A stretch of DNA of 64,000 bases from Azolla caroliniana. Lineage: Eukaryota; Plantae; Polypodiophyta. The notes under the pieces were generated by a model. It was not told the DNA's origin, ran no database searches, and worked only from the letters and a program-made list of their open reading frames with translations. The stretch is from positions 9,672,001-9,736,000 of the forward strand of contig JBHGNT010000016.1 in the NCBI GenBank assembly GCA_043228905.1, written 5' to 3'. Each line of letters opens with the position of its first letter. Position 1 is the first letter of the stretch. The position numbers were made by a program, and so were the translations under genes. Shown here in pieces: positions 60,999-64,000 of this stretch.

Positions 60999-63900
60999 TG
61001 TTAGAGACATGAACTAATGTAAGCATTAGATAAGGATAGAATATAGATAGAAAGATAGAAAGGAGAGAGAGAAAGAAGGGTGCCAATCCACCCGACCACC
61101 CCCGAGCAAAGGGATCGAGACGGACTCGAGCCTCAATCGGCGTCCCATACCACCGTCGTGGCGTCGAGTCGTACCTAGTGTTGGCGTGCTCGCTACAAGA
61201 GTTGACCAACCACAAGACAGAGTCTCGATGTAGTCAACAAGATGATCAAATGAGGGTAGTTAGGCCTCTTATTTATAGCGATACCCAAGGCCCCCAGGCA
61301 AGTTCACACTTGGCCTAATGGGTTGTCTCAATCCCGAGTATTAAAAGTAATCCTCCCCTTCTTTACACTCTCATTTAACCCTCACACTTATCCACGTGTA
61401 TAGAATACTACGGTAAATTCTCACCACGGGATATTATATGGTCATGCCCATAACATATTCCCCTCCCCCTCTTTAAAACATTGCACTCTTGCAATGGGAA
61501 GTTAGGGAAGTTAGTTCTGAGAGTATTTTCGCGTTCCCATGTGGCATCTTTTATTGATTTATCCATCCATTTTATTTTAAATTCTCGGATTTCTTTAGTA
61601 CGTAATTTTTTTGTTTTAATGTCGAGAATTCTTTCTGGTACATGTGGTTTAGAAGATAATTTTTCAAAAGTAACCAAAGTTTCAGTTGTAACTGTATTGT
61701 CACCAGAACCTAGAAGTTCTTTTAGATGACTCACATGAAAAACTGGATGAGTTTCAACACCATCGTGAAGAGTGAGACGATAGGCTGATGACCCAATGCG
61801 TTTGAGGACTATAAAAGGTTCACAAAACCGTGGGGCTAACTTAGCGCACTTACCCTTAGACAATGTCTTAGAATTGTGAGGTACACGTAAAAATACCTTC
61901 TGTCCAAGGTTGAATACACAAGGTTGCCTATGATGATCGGCATAAAAACGCGCTCTATCTTGAGCTGTTTTTATATTATCTCGTGCAATATGCAACATAT
62001 CTTGCATATCCCAAAGAAAGTTTTGCGTACTTCGCAACTCATCATGATGTATATTAACATCAATTGGGGCTCGTGGCTAAAAACCATACATCAACATAGA
62101 AGGACTATATCCCATCGACGTATGCTTGGAGCTGTTATAAGCAAACTCTAGAATTGCGAGATAACGTTCCCATTTTGTTGGTTTTGCACCAACATATGCT
62201 CGACGCATGTCCTCAATAATTTGATTTACTCGTTCTCTTTGTCCATCGGATTGAGGATGATCCGTTGAGCTCATGCTCAACATAGTTTCTAACTTCTTAA
62301 AGACTTGCGTCTAGAAGTCACTCGTAAATTTTGGATCTCGGTCACTCACGATATCCATCGGTAACCCATAAAAACGAAATAACTTGTCAACGAATTGGTA
62401 AGCCAATTCAGGAGTTGTTACCGTGGTTTTAGTAGCAATAAATCTGGCCATTTTAGTTAGTCTATCAACCACAACCCAGATGGCATCATGGCCTTTTTGG
62501 GTGCGAGGAAGGCTAACAATAAAATCCATGGATATACTTTCCCACTTATTATTGGGAATGTCCAAGGGATGTAAAAGTACTGCGGCTTTAAGTCGCTCGG
62601 CTTTGTTAACCTAACATTGGTGACAATTAGTCACATAGCTATGTATGTCAGGACGCATCTTAGAACAATAAAATTGAGTGGAGATGAGAATGAGTGTACG
62701 ATGTATTCCAGGGTGCCCTGTTGAGGGTGCATCATGGCATTCAAAAAGAATCCTCTTTTTGACCTCGGGTAAATCTAGAACACAAACCGTCCCATTACGG
62801 TAGAGTAGACCGTTAGCAATGCGTAAGTATTCCTTCGAGGATGTGGTGGTGTCTGTTCCAGACTCAACTCTTGCCCAGTATTTTGCAAAATAACTGTCAT
62901 CATGATACTTTACTCGAAGGTGATCATAAAGATCTGATGATATTTCAGTGAAGTTAAGCATATTAACTTCACGGATGTGACTTAGTGCATCGGCGACAAT
63001 GTTCGTGGAACCTTTACGATATCGTATGGAAAAATCAAAGTCTTGGATGAGATCAGCCCATCGTGCCTTACGATCTTTCAGGTCTTGTTGGTCACAAAAA
63101 TATTTCAAGGACTCGTGGTCCGTAGTTACCACAAAGCGATTTCCATAAAGATAATGGCGCCATGTTTTGAGCGCATGTATAACTACAAATAATTCCTTTT
63201 CTTGAACAGTATACCAACATTGAGCAGTATCAAGTTTCTTACTCTCGAATGCTATTGGTTTACCATCTTGATATAACACAACACCTATAGCATAATCGCT
63301 TGCATCGGTTTCAACCTCAAAAGGTTTCGAAGGATCGGTAAAAGAAGTGAAGGAGCCTTGCAAACCAGGTCCTTGAGTTCCTTAAAGGTCAGGTCTAGTG
63401 TAGCATTCCACACAGTAGGTTTTGTAGACTTACACGTTTGACCTTTTAGAAAATCAATCAACGGGGTTGTCAATTGGGAGTAATTACAAAGAGATTTTCG
63501 CAAAAACCCAACAAAACCAAGGAATGATCGAACTTCTCGAATATTCCAAAGAGTGGGCCAAAGCTTGATTTTCTCGATGCGAGAAGGATCAATTTCAACT
63601 CCTCGTTCGGTTATGAGATGTCCAAGATAAGTAATTGATTTCTTGAAGAACTCACATTTTGAGATCTTTGCATAAAATTGTTTGTTACGCAATGTTTGTA
63701 AAACAAAGCGGACATGTTTAGCATGTTCTTGTAATGTACGGCTATAAACTAAAATATCATCCAAGAAAATAATGACAAATTTTCTAAGTTGTTCTCGGAA
63801 AATGGCATTCATTTCTCGTTGAAATGTAGTCGGAGCATTGGTCAAACCAAAAGGCATAACCAAAAACTCGTAATGGCCATAGCACGTACGAAATGTCGTT

Positions 63901-64000
63901 TTAGGAACGTCGTCCTCACTTATACAAATTTGATGGTAGCCAGTACAGAGGTCAAGTTTCGTAAAATATCGAGCTCCCTGGAGACGGTCAATTAGATCGT
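60999..64000 (-). mobile_element. Third chromovirus copy: 3' LTR 60999-61455 plus degenerate chromodomain, integrase, RNase H and RT, running off the right edge
   Basis: Near-identical to 33705-36700. PPT complement tattcccctccccct. Several stops and frameshifts. Confidence 0.94.

Noticed and set aside
60163-61215. 350-aa RT ORF with a hydrophobic N-terminus (possible env-like or membrane fusion)
   Set aside because: The N-terminus is translated CT-rich LTR sequence of the nested copy, joined at 60999.

Overview
Eukaryotic plant genomic DNA, roughly 85-90% transposon-derived. Tcn1-type self-priming chromovirus features, tRNA-Trp-primed Gypsy elements with 4-bp TSDs and a Sola-like transposase together suggest a non-seed plant (bryophyte, lycophyte or fern). 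This host assignment is inference only. The one host gene is an apparently intact four-exon pectin methylesterase (minus strand, 9383-7680, 414 aa, no PMEI pro-domain). The rest is a deep nest of LTR retrotransposons whose LTRs, PBS, PPT and target-site duplications can often be read directly. It includes Copia elements at 602-5914 (internally inverted) and 44057-49122 (gag-deleted, with 54-bp tandem arrays in the LTRs), a Tcn1-like chromovirus at 18343-23596, and a full-length chromovirus at 33705-40605 plus two nested relatives. There is also a Trp-primed Gypsy at 50728-60217 carrying three solo LTRs, further solo LTRs, a LINE remnant and a Sola/DUF7869-like transposase pseudogene. Four signals stand out. 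(1) tRNA-like RNA polymerase III A-box/B-box modules recur, mostly antisense, in LTRs of several distinct families. (2) Arg-tRNA-primed LTR elements carry no gag-pol, only an antisense coiled-coil ORF facing an antisense LTR TATA box. (3) A readable 11-nt self-priming site and a perfect heat-shock element lie in the Tcn1-like LTR. (4) Small duplicated fillers mark the gag deletions in two otherwise young elements. All coordinates were counted by eye and lineage names were not verified by database search.
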